Positions 1 to 15,170 are shown, numbered from the stretch's first letter. The stretch: 64,000 nt of DNA from Octopus bimaculoides (GCF_001194135.2 NC_068985.1:72038224-72102223), one strand, 5' to 3'. Translations and numbers: made by a program. The notes: generated by a model not told the origin, from the letters alone.

Positions 1-380
1 TGGTAGGATGGAAAGAAAGAAACGGAAAACTAGGAGAGATAACAATCAAAGATGAAGATAACAAGGCTATAGAGTGAAACATTGTATAAGAGAGTATTTC
101 CTTATTAGTTTGTGGCAGATTCTTCACACCACTTTACCATACTTCTTGTAGAAATTACAAGGTTTCAATCAGAGCCAGCCAGAAGCTCTATTGCACTCTG
201 CCCACCTCCACTACACCCTATCTTTTCTACATTGACTGACAATAAACTACAATGATGATTAAGTGTGCGTGCATCTGTGAGGGAGAATAAAAACCTCTGT
301 TATTGCTTCATTCCTTCACACAGATTGTTGTTCTTATATTGTGTTGAGAAAGTTACACACACACATGTATTGTGTGTGTA

Positions 381-412
<32 letters not shown>

Positions 413-2840
413 ATATATATATATCAGGGCACATATACATGTGTACACCTCAATACATTCAACCCTTTCCTTGTAAAAATATCACACACACTTTTACACA
501 TATATGCAATCATCATTCACACATACATCTTACATGTATACAATTCTATATATATTTGCCCTACATACATATAAGATACTGTTTTAATTATTGGTTCTGA
601 AAAATAATCAATGATAGATTTCCTCAAGTCAAGTATTAATTGAATTCCAGGCTTCACTAACCTTTCCACCACCACCACCACCACCACCATTAACTAGCAC
701 TATCATCGCCACCATCACCATCTATCAATATTAACAACCAATTTGAGCCTTTATGTAGCCACTCAACCTGCTAGAAACAGCAGCTGAAGTCATATATTAC
801 AAAGAGAACAATGTATCCCTGGGTCCACTGCATCGTAAGCGAAGATAAAAAGTCATGGTTTGATTATCCTTCATCACAAGTCAGCTCAGACACATCCAGA
901 ATCACCACCACTACCAACATCACCACCACCACTTTCCATCAGCATCTTCCTTCCAAATCCATTTTTCTTAATGCACTAATCCTTTCTGTTGCTCTGTTAG
1001 ATAGGGGAGCAATATGTTTTGCTTGTTCCAGCCTATTTGTTTTTTACTTACTCCCAGGAGAATTTGCTAAATGCAGGGCAAGGTTTGATAAAGGCATTGC
1101 TTTGCACTTCCATAATTTCAAATGCTATCTTCCAGACATCCACCAGACATCAAATTCTGATTAAGTGGCTTGTCATTTGGTCGTCATCACTTGTTAAAAT
1201 GCAAACAGCATGGCGTCATGGACATAGCAGTATAGCCTGTATTCATCATAGTTGCTAATATCTTCTATGAAAACTGATAACTGAAACATGTTAGGTATGA
1301 AAGGTGCTTGTATACTTGATGTAGCTCAAGAAATTTTAATTAATGAAAATTATATGCTTGCTGATAAGAACCATTTTCTAAATTACTAATTTTTGACAAA
1401 AGCGGGTAGAAAGCAACCCCAAAATTCTAATTATTTAAAATGAATTATTCAGAGAATGTTGTGGGGTGTGAAAACTCAGGAGGTATGGCAACTTCAGGCC
1501 TCCTTAATATGGAATATTGTGGAATCAGTCAGATGCATTCATAGTTGAAATATTTGCTTCTAAGAAAAAATCCCTGCTTTTGGTAAGTAGATGTGTGGTG
1601 GTTATTGTTTTACCCAAAAGTTAGTTCATAATTGAGCTGACATGAATAAAGAATGTGCCAGCTGTGATCCTCATCATTATCATAATTTAATATCCACTTT
1701 TCTATGCTTGCATGGGTCAGAAAAATTTTATTGAAATAGATTTTCTGTCTGGCCACACTTCCTGTCACCAACCTTTACCTGCTTATTTCAGACATACTGC
1801 ATTTTAGATTACAATGGACAATCACAGTCATTATTTACTGTATGGCTTCTAAATAGACATGGGTTGGACAGTTTCATGTTTTATTTTATTGATTCACAAA
1901 GGATGAAAGGCTAACTTTACCTTTCATCTTTTAGGAAAAAACTGGACAATATAGTGCTAGAATCCCTAAAGAGACAAGATGCTCTTACAATTTCTCTAAT
2001 CATGGTGTTGCCCAATCATGGCTGACCAGGGACTACACAACAACAATAACACTATCATTATTATTGTCATCACAGGTTTTACTTATATCTGCCTTAGCTC
2101 TGCCAATAATGTAAAGCATCATGCTGACAACTCATCATTCTTCTTTCCACCTGTGACAGATTTATTCCTGAGTTCCCTTCAAATTATTAGATTCAGACAT
2201 ACAAGTGTGGTTGGCAAGTTCTTTATGCATCCATGTAGTTTTAGGTTTAATTGAACTGCATGGCACCATGGGTAACTGTTCTTTACAGTATATTACATGT
2301 AGGCCTCCATGTTGAACCTGAGGCCATGTGGGAAAAGGAATGGAGGCATAATGTCGCCATCACTAGTGATCACTCCAAACATCATGATGTTGACTGGATG
2401 TTTGATTTTTATCACCCTTGGTACATGTCCTCAGATTACACTGTTCTCAGATTGATTCTCAAACACACTGAAATGTTCGTATTGGAGCTTCCAGTGCAAA
2501 TGCTAAGCAGTACAGCATATTGTTTCCAAATTCCTGGCAGAGTGAATTGCATCATGGTGTTGTTTTTCTTATAGATGGTGCTCAACTGACCCTACTATAC
2601 TGTGTAGTTGACAAAAACAAAGGTGGCAAGCTGGCAGAATTGTTAGCATGTTGGACAAAATGCAATAGCAGTATTTCGTTTGTCTTTATGTTCTGAGTTG
2701 AAATTCTGCCAAGATCAATTTTTTAACACTGGTTGTCATGAAGTGGCTGAGAGACCAACACAGACTCACAGACATGCAGTGGGACTGAATCTGGAACTAT
2801 ATGGTTGGAAGCAAATTTCTTACCACACTGCCGTAGCTGT

Positions 2841-2876
<36 letters not shown>

Positions 2877-2886
2877 NNNNNNNNNN

Positions 2887-2928
<42 letters not shown>

Positions 2929-4139
2929 TTATAATTTGAAGCTTGAAAGTATGCCCATGTTATTGTTTGTAATTTCAAAAGTGCATTTATATAAATACAA
3001 TAGGGTGTCATAGATATAATATAGTGAGTTGAGAAACAGAAACTATCTCCAGGGTATTTAAAGTTTAAAAACAGCAACCATAGGAGGTAACTTGAGTAAG
3101 TTTAGTTGATCAAAATTTTTAGATTTGTGTAGTGCATATACTTGTAAAGCATTAAATTTACCAAGAAGAACTAACTCCTTTGACTCTTTAGCATTTAAGT
3201 CAGCCATAACTGGCTTAAATATTCCACCTGTTTTATGTTCAAACTGGCCAAATCTGGCTTATCACACCAATCCTACAATATCATTGTAAAAGAATTAAGT
3301 TACCTCATCAAAAATCTTATACCTACAAGATAATGCAGAATTAATTCAAGATTATGTGAATAAAAAATCAACACTTTTGACAAAATATTGGTTTCAAATT
3401 TTGGCTCGAGGCCAGCAGGTTTGGGGGAGGGGCTGCATCAGTTATAGCAACCCAGTACTCAACTGGTACTTATTTTATTGACCCTGAAAGGATGAAAGGC
3501 AAAGCCATTCTTGGTGGAATTTGAACTCAGAACATGAAGACAAACGAAATGTTGCAGTATTTTGCTAAGCCCTGTGTGGTAACTATTCTGTGAACTCTAC
3601 ACCTTACTTTTGACCAAATAATATGAATGCTGAAGGGCTAAGAGAAGTAACATTAGATGAACTCAGCCATTTGATAAACAGAGATAAGGAAGATTAGTAC
3701 CAAACTAAGTAGAGATGTCAGTATAATAGAGTGTAAAACCTTTAATATAGATTCCAACATTGCCACAGTGTAATGACTGAAATTAGTAAATTAAATAAAA
3801 GAATTTCCAAAAATGTGATATAATAGATAAAGTGTGTTTATCTTCTACACTGATTTTAGCCATGTTGTCTTCTGACTAGATGTGCCCATTTCCATCTAAA
3901 ATTGGTTTCAACTATCAAATTAACAACAACTGAGCATAAAAATACAATAGTTATCACTTAATCTAACCATCATTGCATCACTTCATTAAATTTCAGTCAA
4001 ATTAATGAGGTAACTCATTAACTTTTGGTCAAAATCCTACAGACTGCCATTGTTGTTGTTGCTGCAATATAACTTGCTTTTTTTTTTTTTTTGCTTTTTT
4101 AATGTTTTATTAAGCTGATTATCATTTTCCTGCTAAATT

Positions 4140-4192
4140 TTGATGTTTAGAATGATTTTTTTAGAGACAGTATTTAATAATGATAACGATGC

Positions 4193-4226
<34 letters not shown>

Positions 4227-4520
4227 TATTATTATTATTATTATTATTATCATTATTATTATCATCATAATGGTTATAGCAACTATGATGATGAAAATGA
4301 TGATGATGGTAGTAGTAGTAGTAGTAGTAGAAGCAGCAGCAGCTGCTAATTTTAATGATAGTGGCAGTGTTATAGTTGGTTGCAATAAAAGTAGTAATAG
4401 TTATAACGACAGCAGTGAGGGATTAGTAATAACAGCATAAGTAGTGGTGACATCAGTTATATTGGGATTTGTCCTCATTGTATTAGTAATAGCAGCAGCA
4501 GCAGCAATTGTAGTAGTAGT
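4140..4520. repeat. Compound trinucleotide microsatellite (AAT)n(TAT)n(GAT)n(AGT)n(AGC)n
   Basis: Read directly from the sequence; explains the poly-I/N/Y ORFs in the track. Confidence 0.95.
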
Positions 4521-7500
4521 TGTAGCAGTAGTAAATGAATACCTTAAAGCAGAAACCATCAAAAGGTATCCAAGAAAGAAAAAGTATAGCATTAGTTTTA
4601 AGGGGAAAGAAGTCTTCATTACCCCCATCCCTGCATTTCAATGGCTTTCTGCCCCCCTATCTACCCTTGCTTGTTTTCTCACTTATATGTTACTCTCCAG
4701 ACCTGAGGTTGTCATTTCACATTCTCCTCTTTCTCGGTGTCTTTCCTCTTATCTTTCATCTGTCACAACAACAACAATAATAATGGTTTCAAATTTTGGC
4801 ACAAGGCCAGCAATTTTGGAGTGGGTGGGCTTAGTCGATTACATCAACCCCAGTGCTCAACAGTTGCTTATTTTATTGACCCCAAAAGGATGAAAGGCAA
4901 AGTTGACCTTGGCAGAATTTGAACTCAGAACTGGTGATAAGCATTTTCTTGACATGTTAATTATTCTGCCAGCTTTTCTTTTATTTGCTATCAGAGCAAA
5001 GGATGAGGCAAACATCACAAGGACAATTGCAAAAACAGTGTTTCACTGATTGAGTTGTTAAAAATAATAAAAGTAAAGAAAATAGCCGCATGAGAGCCCA
5101 ATAGTTGAGACAGCTAAATCAGCCAGACAAGAATCCCACAAATCTAATCTACTTCCTAACTGAGTTCTCTAACATGTAAATGTGTGTGTGTGTGTGAGAG
5201 AGAAAGAGAAAGAGGCTGCTACATAGTTTCTGTCATCCAAATTGCACTCACAAGGCATTACTTAAACCTAAATTGCAGTATTGCAGTAGAAGATACACTC
5301 ATTGTTCTACACGGAGGGCTTGAACCAGTTGTGTCTTTGTATTTGTTTGCTTCAACCTCAGAAGAAGCTTTGTCCCAATGACAGGTCTTTTGAGATTCTT
5401 GTGTGGAGAATGAGGGAGTTTTTGTCACTCTAAAGTCCTACTCAGAATGCTTTGACCAAGTGGGGGCCAATACAGTCTATCTATCAGGCTTTCATACATT
5501 TATGTGTTTAGGTTACCCCATGACTATAGAAAACACTTGCTCAAGCTGCAGACCACAGCTGATTTCTTCCATGGAGAAGAGGGAAGTGAAAGATGAATAA
5601 GAGTTGACTCCAGTACTGGAATGGTATTTTATTAACCCCAAATGCAAATTTGACTTGAGTAAGATTTAAGCTCTGCAATGAATACTGCAATACATTTTGT
5701 CCAACTTTGTAATGACTATTCTAATTTGTATGTTTGTATGTGCTTCCATATATATATACCTATGTAAGTTTGTACATAATTATTTGTTAAAAAATATTCA
5801 TTAGCAACAGAGACAGTATTTACAAGCTCACAGGCTGATCACAATGCCAGTACCTATTCTGGCAATATTATTTTATATATCGCTGGCGGGAACATGAATC
5901 ACTGTTATCTCTAGCAGTTGAGTGTCCATCATTGACAAGTCCAAAGAAGGTTGAAATCATATGATCTGGTGGTCTCGGTGCTGGAAATGGCAAGGATTTA
6001 TCTCCCCACAAGCAATATAAATAAGTATGTATTTTACACTAAAAGTCAATATGAGAGTGTCTCTCATGGTAACTACTGCAGTATAGTTTGTTCTAACAGA
6101 AAATCCACATTTAAATGGAGATAGATATTTATTTGTATATGTATACAATTTTGTATACATATTAATCTCCCACTCCTTCCCTCCTACACACATTGTCCCC
6201 TTTAATATCTTTGATATGGTACATCCTTCAATCAAACAAACTCAATCCAGGATTTGCTAGGTCCCCTTCTTAGCTCTACTCCCTATTAACTGCTCCCTTT
6301 CTAGCAACCATTATCTATTAGCCTCTAATCTTATCATACAACACTACATTCGCTCCTGCTTACGTGACGGTGTGTGTCTGAGCATGCATCTATATGTGTA
6401 TCACTTATATCCCTCTATGTCTTTTAAAGTAATTTATTGCTTCCTCTGCTCATCTACTTGAAGACCCATTAATTATTGATACTTCCTAATTAGATTTTCA
6501 TTAGTAATCAAAAGGTTTAATACACCCAGTTCTATAAACCAGTGTTGTCTGTCTTTTACTACCACATAGGTAGAATGCTGCATTGTGTGGTCAAGGGGAA
6601 ATGTTATAAATAAAGCAAATAAGCTTAATGGTTTGCTAATTCATTATTTAAACAATGTATCATAGTAATTAGTATTATGAGGTACAAGCTGAAACCCACC
6701 ACTTAATGTATTCCATTCAAAATCCTTCTGCACACGCACATTATAATGTTGCAGTAAGGATAACACATTTGTGCATTTCCTCTCTTATTATATTTTATAA
6801 TGTGATTAAAATATTTTTATAGTTTGGTATAATTATCTCTGAAAATTTTTTAAAATGCACTAAAATATTAAACTACAGCAAAAACAATATTAAGGACTCA
6901 CAACTGGACTCAATGTGCAGATCACAGATGTATGACAAAAGACTTACTGACAACTATACATGAATTTTAATAACTAACAAGACTGAATATGTGTCAAAAT
7001 ATAAACAATATTCATCAAGCATAGGATTTTAAATAAAATCTCTTGATGGAAATTATGCAGGAAATATTTAAAACAAATATGGTTATGCACGAAATGCACT
7101 CCATTTATATTCTATGTCATATCAAGAATTTTCTTTTTTATCTATTATCAGCTAAAGATGTGAGTAAATAACACTAAACGAATTTTTTTTCTTGATGGTC
7201 ATTGTCAAATATCAATTATAGCTTTCAGTATCTGAAAGAAATTGTGTTGCTTGTAAATATATTTCTTTACCTACATCTTTATATATGCAGACAGTAGTTG
7301 AATGTATTCTGTACAACAAACTATTATAGTCACCAATATCTAAAAGAAATTGTTGCTTTGTAATGATGTGTGTAGACGTATTTCTCAATGTGCTTTGTCA
7401 CTTTTTGTTCAGTAATCATTACAATCATTTGGAAGACTTATTTATTTTCTCTGACGGTGGTCTAGATGTTTAAATAAGTACATTGCTGGGTACCTTTAGC

Positions 7501-8447
7501 AAGGTTATTTCTGTCGTAAGCATTTTGACCAGACCAGTCCCTGACTTCCTTCTGACTCCATGTTTTTTTTTTTCTACAAATGTTCAGTCTCAACATTAGT
7601 CAAATCAAGCTCATCAGTGTCTGAGGGCCTGCAAAAGTTACGGGTACAGTTAGACTATCATCATCATCATCATCATGTCTACTAGCATAGGTGAGACTTA
7701 TTGAGGCAGTATTCGACAACTTGGTGTTTTCCTGTCACCAACCCTTATTTGTTTCCTAAGGTATTTTTATTCCATGTATGTTCACATATCGAAATTGACA
7801 AAATTACAGGACATATTGTTTATGGGAGATGGAAACATAATGTCACCATTGCCCAAGCAGGAACAATGTGATGACATAGGTGTGGCTGTGTGGTAAGAAG
7901 CTTGCTTTCCAATCACAAGGTTCTGGGTTCAGTTCCACTGCATGACACCTTGGGCAAGTGTCTTCTACTGGATCCTAGGCTGCCCAAAGCCTTGTGAGTG
8001 GATTTAGTTGACAAAAACTGAAAAAGCTCATCGTATATATATATATATAAATAGTGATTGTAGCAAAAAAATGGTTAGGCTGAATGGACTTACTCTAAGC
8101 ATGTGCCTGTAAATTGAGGACCAACAGTTGGGTGTGGGCTTGTGATTTCAGTGATCAGAGTGATCCATGGGGCTCCTAGATTGGCTATAGTTGATAGTTC
8201 CCCTATATGAGGAGGACTGTATCATGGATATACTCAAATATTATGTATTTTTTTACCTCATTCCCCTCTGGTCCCTTTCTTCCTTTCATATTTTATGTAA
8301 CTCCACATGCACTTGTAATGTCCCTTTCATTTAATGCTCCTGTGGCAAATAAAAAGAATTACTGTTATTATTGTTGTTATACTTGTGATAGCAGTAAGGA
8401 TGCTTTCAGTAATTATAATTATTGTGGCTGTATTTTTGACAACATCA

Positions 8448-8481
<34 letters not shown>

Positions 8482-9175
8482 GTGGTGGTGTTCAATGAGA
8501 AGAGTGGTGCTGGTGTTGTTCCCCAACATCTGTGGTGATGATAATGATAATAAAGCTTTAGTGTCTGAGGAAAAGAAACCATATCTGTGTTTTTCTTTAT
8601 ACTTATCCTATTAAGAATTATAAAGTAAAAGATATGAAAACGTTGTGAGGTTTCTCAATACCTTCACCCAACCACCACCACCACCACCATCACCACTAAC
8701 AAAAAAAAAAAGAAAAATGTATTATTAGATGAAATGAATTTCTTTTGAGTGGAAATTGAAACTGGAACCTAGGTACCGTTCATTGAAAAATTACTTTTGT
8801 GCCACATGACCGACATAGCAGATTACAGAAGTAATACTTTGTGTGCTTGTGTTCTGTAACAATTAAGCCTGAAGCATCTGAACTTTTTTTTCTTTGGAAC
8901 ATAATGAATACAAAAATAAAAACCATTCAACATGAAAGGAAGCCTCTATATAGTCACTTGACCTACTAGAAATAACTGCTAAGCTGATAGTTTAAGATTT
9001 ACATTGGACAACATAGTAGTAGATACATGATACCTGCATAACAGTCATGATGGTCATGTTTAGAATATTTCTGATCTTGTGTGAATGAATTAACCGCTCA
9101 GATTTTACTGTGTAAACTGATATTAGACACTATAAGAACCAGGTCAAGACACAAAAGACAAAATAGAACTACTGT

Positions 9176-9207
<32 letters not shown>

Positions 9208-9372
9208 AATCACCACCACCACCATCATTGGTATATTCAGTAGCAGCAGCACCATCATCATCATCATCGTTTTATAATTATTTATTGAGTACTGAAAAAA
9301 ATTGTGTTTTTCATTTTCAACACCAAACTAAAACCAAGCAAAGTTAACAAGGTTTCTTATTTTATATTTCAG

Positions 9373-9606
9373 ATCTCCGAGATGATTTTAAAGTAGGTCC
9401 AGTTGATACAATGGTTGCCATTGGAGATACTGCAATTTTGAAATGTCGTCCACCTCGAGGTGAANNNNNNNNNNGTATAACGATGGAGGACGAGGGTGAT
9501 TTAATATTGTCTTCTGTAGAAAAGTCTGATGCAGGAGATTATACCTGTGTTGCTGTAAATAAAGCTGGAGAGCGAGAAAGTAAAACTGCAAAACTCACTG
9601 TATATG
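9373..9606 (+). CDS. robo: Roundabout (Robo) receptor exon, Ig domain 2 (interrupted by a 10-N gap at 9465-9474)
   Basis: Acceptor tttatatttcAG|AT at 9371-72, donor G|GTAAG at 9607. Translation (x)LRDDFKVGPVDTMVAIGDTAILKCRPPRGE-[gap]-RITMEDEGDLILSSVEKSDAGDYTCVAVNKAGERESKTAKLTVY matches the Robo Ig2 signature LRDDF...C.PPRG.P...D.G.Y.CV..N..GERES..A.LTV. Phase 1 at both ends. Confidence 0.93.
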
Positions 9607-9661
9607 GTAAGTGCAATTTTTATATTGTAAAATTTTGAATTCTAGGAAACTGATGGTGATT

Positions 9662-9894
9662 TCTTATTTCTTTACTGCCCACAAAGGGCTACACACAGAG
9701 GGGACAAACAAGGACAGACAAACAGATTAAGTCAATTACATCGACCCCAGTGTGTAACTGGTATTTAATTTATCAACCCCGAAAGGATGAAAGGCAAAGT
9801 CGACCTCAGCGGAATTGAACTCAGAACGTAACGGCTGACAAAATACTGCTAAGCATTTCGCCCAGCGTGCTAATGTTTCTGCCAGCTCGCCGCC
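9662..9894 (-). mobile_element. tRNA-derived SINE family A (GGCGGCGAGCTGGCAGAA head), young copy
   Basis: A/B-box-like head (GAGCTGGCAG ... GAGTTCAATTCC). Other copies at about 2620-2725(+), 3385-3606(-), 4783-4980(-), 40700-40914(-), 48880-49010(-), 49243-49438(-), 50092-50220(-), 61155-61368(+), 61382-61622(+). Confidence 0.85.
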
Positions 9895-10959
9895 TTACTC
9901 ACTGATGCGGATTTCTGTCTGTGACTGTCTGCTGGAGAATTCATATTTATCCAACTTCTGTGTATTTTTCATGGAGGCAGTGACAAGTGACCGAAGCCTT
10001 TGGCATTATATTGTACCTCAGAAGACTTGTCAAACCAAGTGAGATTATAGTTGTGGCCAATGTTGGTGTTTCGTTAGTGGCACCTGTGCCGCTGGCATGT
10101 AAAAAAGCACCCACTACACTCTTGGAGTGGTTGGCGTTAGGAAGAACATCCAGCTGTAGAAGCCATGTCAAATCAGATCGAAACTTAGTGCAGCTCTCCA
10201 ACTTACTAGTTTTCAGTCAAACCAGCCAACCCATGCCAGCATGGAAAAACGGATGTTAAATGATGATGATGATGATGATGAAATACTGTTATGCAACTGT
10301 TAAGGCTCAGTGATAATTGGGTTAAAGTGCTGGGACTACTGATCGCATGGGCATAAATTCAAATCTTACCACAGCCTATGTTGTGTTATGCTCATGAGCA
10401 GAGCAAGGTACATTGGTCAACTCGATCTTGCTTGTCTGAGTAAACAAAACCAAAAATAGGTTTAATTCAAGAGGCAAGTTGATTCTGTGACCCATTTTTA
10501 ATTCTCTGTTGAAGACCTTTTATTTCAAAGACAATGGTGGGTTGTCTCCTCATTCTGTCCTTTATACCACTAGTACAGTGGTTTCCGCCCTTCAGAGTTC
10601 ACAGATTTTATATCATCTCTATTCAAGCACTCCTCACTCACTCACTCATCTCTTCTCTTCTTGTCATCCATGTTGTGCCTTACCCACCAGGCCTTACATT
10701 GGCTTCTTCACCAAGTATTTCTTTTCTCAGTTGTCAGCCTTCTAGACATCCTACTCTGTCCATGTTTTTGCTGCTGCCTTCTAATTGCAGTTCTTTAAGA
10801 AAAATGTCTACCACATCAGTCACTGGTCTGGTGAGTGGGGCAAGCAAAGACTATGAACTTAGCCCCTTATGTCAAACAAGACCATTGAAGAAAAAAGGGC
10901 ATTTTGTGGTCAGATAAAATCCTGCTGTCTCGTAAAAGAAGATACATTAGGTAATATAG

Positions 10960-11410
10960 TACTATATGCCTTATGTCTGAGAAAAAAGTTGGTTGATCAA
11001 AGCTGGAATGCATTTGATCTTAAAGGAAAGTGTTAAGAAAGAGGGTTTGAGATAGGAATGATGAGATATGAAGTAGACATATTGGGATGGTTGAGCTTGA
11101 TGGGAATGTTTTATAACGTGCTAGTTCAGTAGAGCAGAACCCGTTACATTAAAGGTAGAAGAGACAAAAAGAAGAAACAGCATATCTGAGTTTAAAATCC
11201 CTGTGTGATCGACTGAATTTGCTTTTCATATTTTTGGTAAGGGTGGTGTCAGTAAAATTTTTCATCTCTACCAGTATTATCTCCAGATTGGTAGACACAC
11301 TCTCCCCTTCCTGTGAAAAAAAATAAAGAAAAAATCCCTCTGACCTTATATATTGCTGTGAACTTCTGAAAAACTCTAGTGTGACCACATTCAGTTACTA
11401 CCCACATATT
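10960..11410 (-). mobile_element. CR1/L2/Jockey-like LINE RT C-terminal fragment
   Basis: Minus strand RYAVSSFCLFYL*CNGFCSTELA resembles the RR.V.SLCLFY.Y.NG.CS.EL motif. Highly decayed. Confidence 0.5.
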
Positions 11411-13046
11411 TGGAAAATTGCTGCTGCTGTTGTCAACTACTGCTACTATTCAAATATCATAGATCACACCCATTTATCTATTCTTTCTTGTTTATTAAGC
11501 CTGCAGTTTGGTGGTGAAAGGACTGATGGAACCATGACTTGAATACTGCTCTCATGGTCCTCCTCAGGCCCTCTATTTTCTGAGTTCAAATTGTAATGCC
11601 TTTCACATTTTCAGGACCAATAAAAGAAAGTATCTGTCATGTTCAGAGGTTGATATATATATTTTGCTACTTGAGAATGATAAAAATTATATTAGAAGAC
11701 CATGTACAGGTTCCTTTGTTAGCTTGTTCTTACCTACATGTTTTTCAATCTCCTTTTTTTTGTATTTTTTTTTCTAAGGGCACCTAGTCAGTTATGACAA
11801 TGAGGGTGCCAGTTGATCCTGTCAACAGAACAGCCTGCTTGTAAAATTAATGTGTCAGTGGCTGAGTACACCACAGACATGCATAAGGTAATTTTCAGAG
11901 AGATTCAGTGTGACACAGAATGTGACAAGGTTGGCCCTTTGAAATACCAGTATTACTCATTTTTACTAGTTGAGCAGACTGGAATAATGCAAAATAAAGT
12001 GTCTTGCTCAAGGATGATGCGCCACCGAGTATCAAACATATAAACTTCTATGATTGTGAGCCAAGTACCCTAACCACTAAGCCACACACTTGCACATCAA
12101 TTCTTTTATATAAGTTCAAACTGAATGTCTGCTACCTTAGTTTCATCATCATGGGAGTGGTTGGCCAACAAAAACCATGAGTGAGACTACCCCCGACCTC
12201 TTTTTGACCAATTAATAACAAAAAAGAAAAAAAACTTCATAGATTTTGTTGACAATATTTAACTTATATGCAATAATTTTATATCTGGTCATCTTACCAC
12301 ACTTTTTTTTACTGTTCAGTCAAGAAGAGAAGGACAGCACCAATGACTCGCTATTTTTTCAGGGTCTCCAAGGCTACTGGAAAATAAGGATAAAGTTATT
12401 AAACCAGAGGCATAACTCAACAGAGTGAACTTCATTCAGGAGGTGGTTTTTAAGTAAGAAGTAGATTAAGTTTTTTCCCCCAAGAACTTAGAACACAATG
12501 GAAACTAATACTGCCAAGTGCCTTGTCTGAGAGTTTAATAGCTGTGTCAATCTACCATTCTGAACTGGCACTTTATTTTCTCAAACTAGAAAAGACAAAA
12601 GTGTAGTTGACCTTGTCAGGATTTGAACTCAGAGCTATAACAAAAGCCACAAGGCATTTTGTGTAGTATATTGCTTAAAGCTGTATATCACAACTGGTTA
12701 GTCTGTTAGACAATTTTTAATTTCTCATACTTTGTGCTGTCAGCATCATATCGTTGTGCTGTCAGCTTTGTATCAAATGTTAAGTTACTGTCAATATGTT
12801 TTATACAGGAAAGCATTAAAAAGTTAACTAGAAGTAATTATATGTGAAGGGGGATTAAAAAAACAATATTAATCAATGATGAATAATTTCATTTTTGCTT
12901 ATGCTAGTAGGGGAGACTACTCCTAACATAGGTGTCATTTTGTCTTCTAATCTTAACAGCCACAAATAGGTGTCATTTTATCTGCGTACTTTGTAGTCAA
13001 GTTTTCATTACAGAAACCAAGCTCATTTCTTAGTCACTTACATTCC

Positions 13047-13087
<41 letters not shown>

Positions 13088-14547
13088 AACCACAGGCAAA
13101 GACACATTGTACAGTCCTTAATATCCTTAATACTATATATTAATTAATGCATTTTGCAATTAGGAAAGAACAAACTTTAATTAACACATTGTATAATCAA
13201 TAGTACCAATTGAAATGTTAGAAAAATCTTGATTTTGAAATCTAATGTATACGTTATTGTACTGTTTGAACACAAATTAGTTTTTACGTTCAATAATTTG
13301 ATAATTCTAAAACTCATATATCTAAATTAAAATTAATTTTTATTTATTTTATTTTAATTTTTTTTATATAATTGAAAAACACCCAGAAGCAATTAAATTT
13401 CAAGAAAAACAAATGTATATATATAAATAAATCAGTTAATAACTTCATAAATTGAAGAAAAAGAATTAAAATAACAACAATGAAGAAAAATAAAAAAGAA
13501 ATTCCATACAATTTTCATAATCTTATTTAGTATTGCATGAGAATTTAAAAAAATACTCTAATTACTAAAAAGCAAAGCAATAAACGAAAAAGTTAAATCT
13601 ATAATTCATTTTAATCATAGAATAAAAAAAAAAATAATAAATTCTAAAAGGAACATTTCCAGAAGCTTGCTATTTTTCTACTCATTGCTTGGTTTCTTAA
13701 AAAGTGATGATTTAAAGACTTGTAAATTTAGGCAAAGTTCAAACAAGCCCTTTTCATGGAAAATTCCTTTAAGTTCTTTTCTTATTTTTGTTGTTATTGT
13801 TTTTAACTTCTTTATTTTTAACCTGAGATGGCATTAAAGATTTTATGCAATTATAATTGTAGCACCTGCTTAAGATTATATTTTAATTAATTCTACACAT
13901 CTTAATAATTCAAAGATGTCTTTTGCCTTGCAGTGGAGTGTCAATTTCTTTCAAAATAGGAAGAAATAAAACAAACAAAACAAAAGCAAAACACAGAGAA
14001 GGAAAATAACTATACAAGTCATTGCAATTTCTAAGTGAAAAGCATTAACTCTGCTACTGAGATGTGGAATTGATAATTTATGTAAGGTTTTAGTTTTTCC
14101 ACTAAAATCTCTCACAACACATTAGAAATGATAAAACATATGGCAAGACACCTCATAATTTCTTATTAGGCAAAATTTACCTCGGCTTCAGTTTGTCAAA
14201 TTTTTTAATCTTTCATTCATAACAAATAACTTTCTGACAGCAAACAAAAATGGCTTTTATGCATCAATGTCTCCCATGGCATATTTTTTTGCTGTCAGGA
14301 TATTTCTTTGCACACATACACAAATTATCCATGCAGGCATGCCAAGGATTCTGACCATTAAAAAAGAAAAAAGCCTTATGCATATTAGGTGTGGAAGAGT
14401 GTGTGCATTTCCTGTTTTAAGACATTACTCATCTCTCTCTTCCTGTAAATATGTGTATACATACTCATACGCATACATTCATAAATGCATATACATATAA
14501 GCATATGAAGGTGTAGATATGTACGCATGTATGACTACATATGTCTC

Positions 14548-14620
<73 letters not shown>

Positions 14621-14799
14621 GCACAGGCATGGGTGTGTGGTTGGGAAAATTACTTCCAAGCCTTATGGTCTTGTGCTCAATTTCCTTGTGCAGCATCTTC
14701 GGTAAGTGTCTTCTATTATTGTCCTAGGCCAGCCAAAACTGTGTGAGTGGATTTGGTTGATGGAAACTGCAAGAAGCCCTTAGAGCAAGCACAAAAATC

Positions 14800-15170
14800 T
14801 CCATTTCTTGAGTTGCTAGTGTATTCATCCTCCTGTATAAGTCTGAGTGCTAGACCCTTTACCGGTGTCAGATCAAACAACTGGAAGTGTTCCAAATCAG
14901 ATAGCTCCAAAATATCTTCAGTCTCTCAGAACCAAATGCAGGAGACTGCATGAAGAGAGGAGAAGACTGCATGAAGAGAGGAGGAGACATCATCATCATC
15001 AACTCCCTGCATCCGTTGTTCAAATGCCTGCAGTGCTACAAGTTCTTCCTATTTCAAAGTGGTCTAGTCAGTCACATCTGCTACCCTGAGAAACAATGTG
15101 CTGGATGTGGTGGAGGATGAATGTTTTAGACTGACACTGCCGTCATTTTGATGGGTGTTGTCATGGGCAA
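14800..15170 (+). mobile_element. RTE-BovB-like LINE 3' fragment with internal deletion
   Basis: LLYKSEC*TLYRCQIKQLEVFQIR*LQNIF joined directly to the C-terminal FKCLQCYKFFLFQSGLVSHI zinc-finger-like motif. 21-bp tandem duplication at 14941-14982. Confidence 0.65.

Noticed and set aside
1260-1295. GAAACATGTT palindrome with a ctatgaa core-like upstream sequence
   Set aside because: Core and helix II are too degenerate to call.
4140-4893. Poly-I/N/Y and hydrophobic ORFs resembling membrane proteins
   Set aside because: Trinucleotide microsatellite plus a SINE A fragment; no splice or domain support.
1-9372. Search for the upstream Robo Ig1 exon
   Set aside because: No Ig1-like reading frame with splice sites was seen; it presumably lies upstream of the window.
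9662-9894. tRNA-like heads of SINE families as tRNA genes
   Set aside because: A/B-box-like motifs only; no complete cloverleaf, and they continue into SINE bodies.
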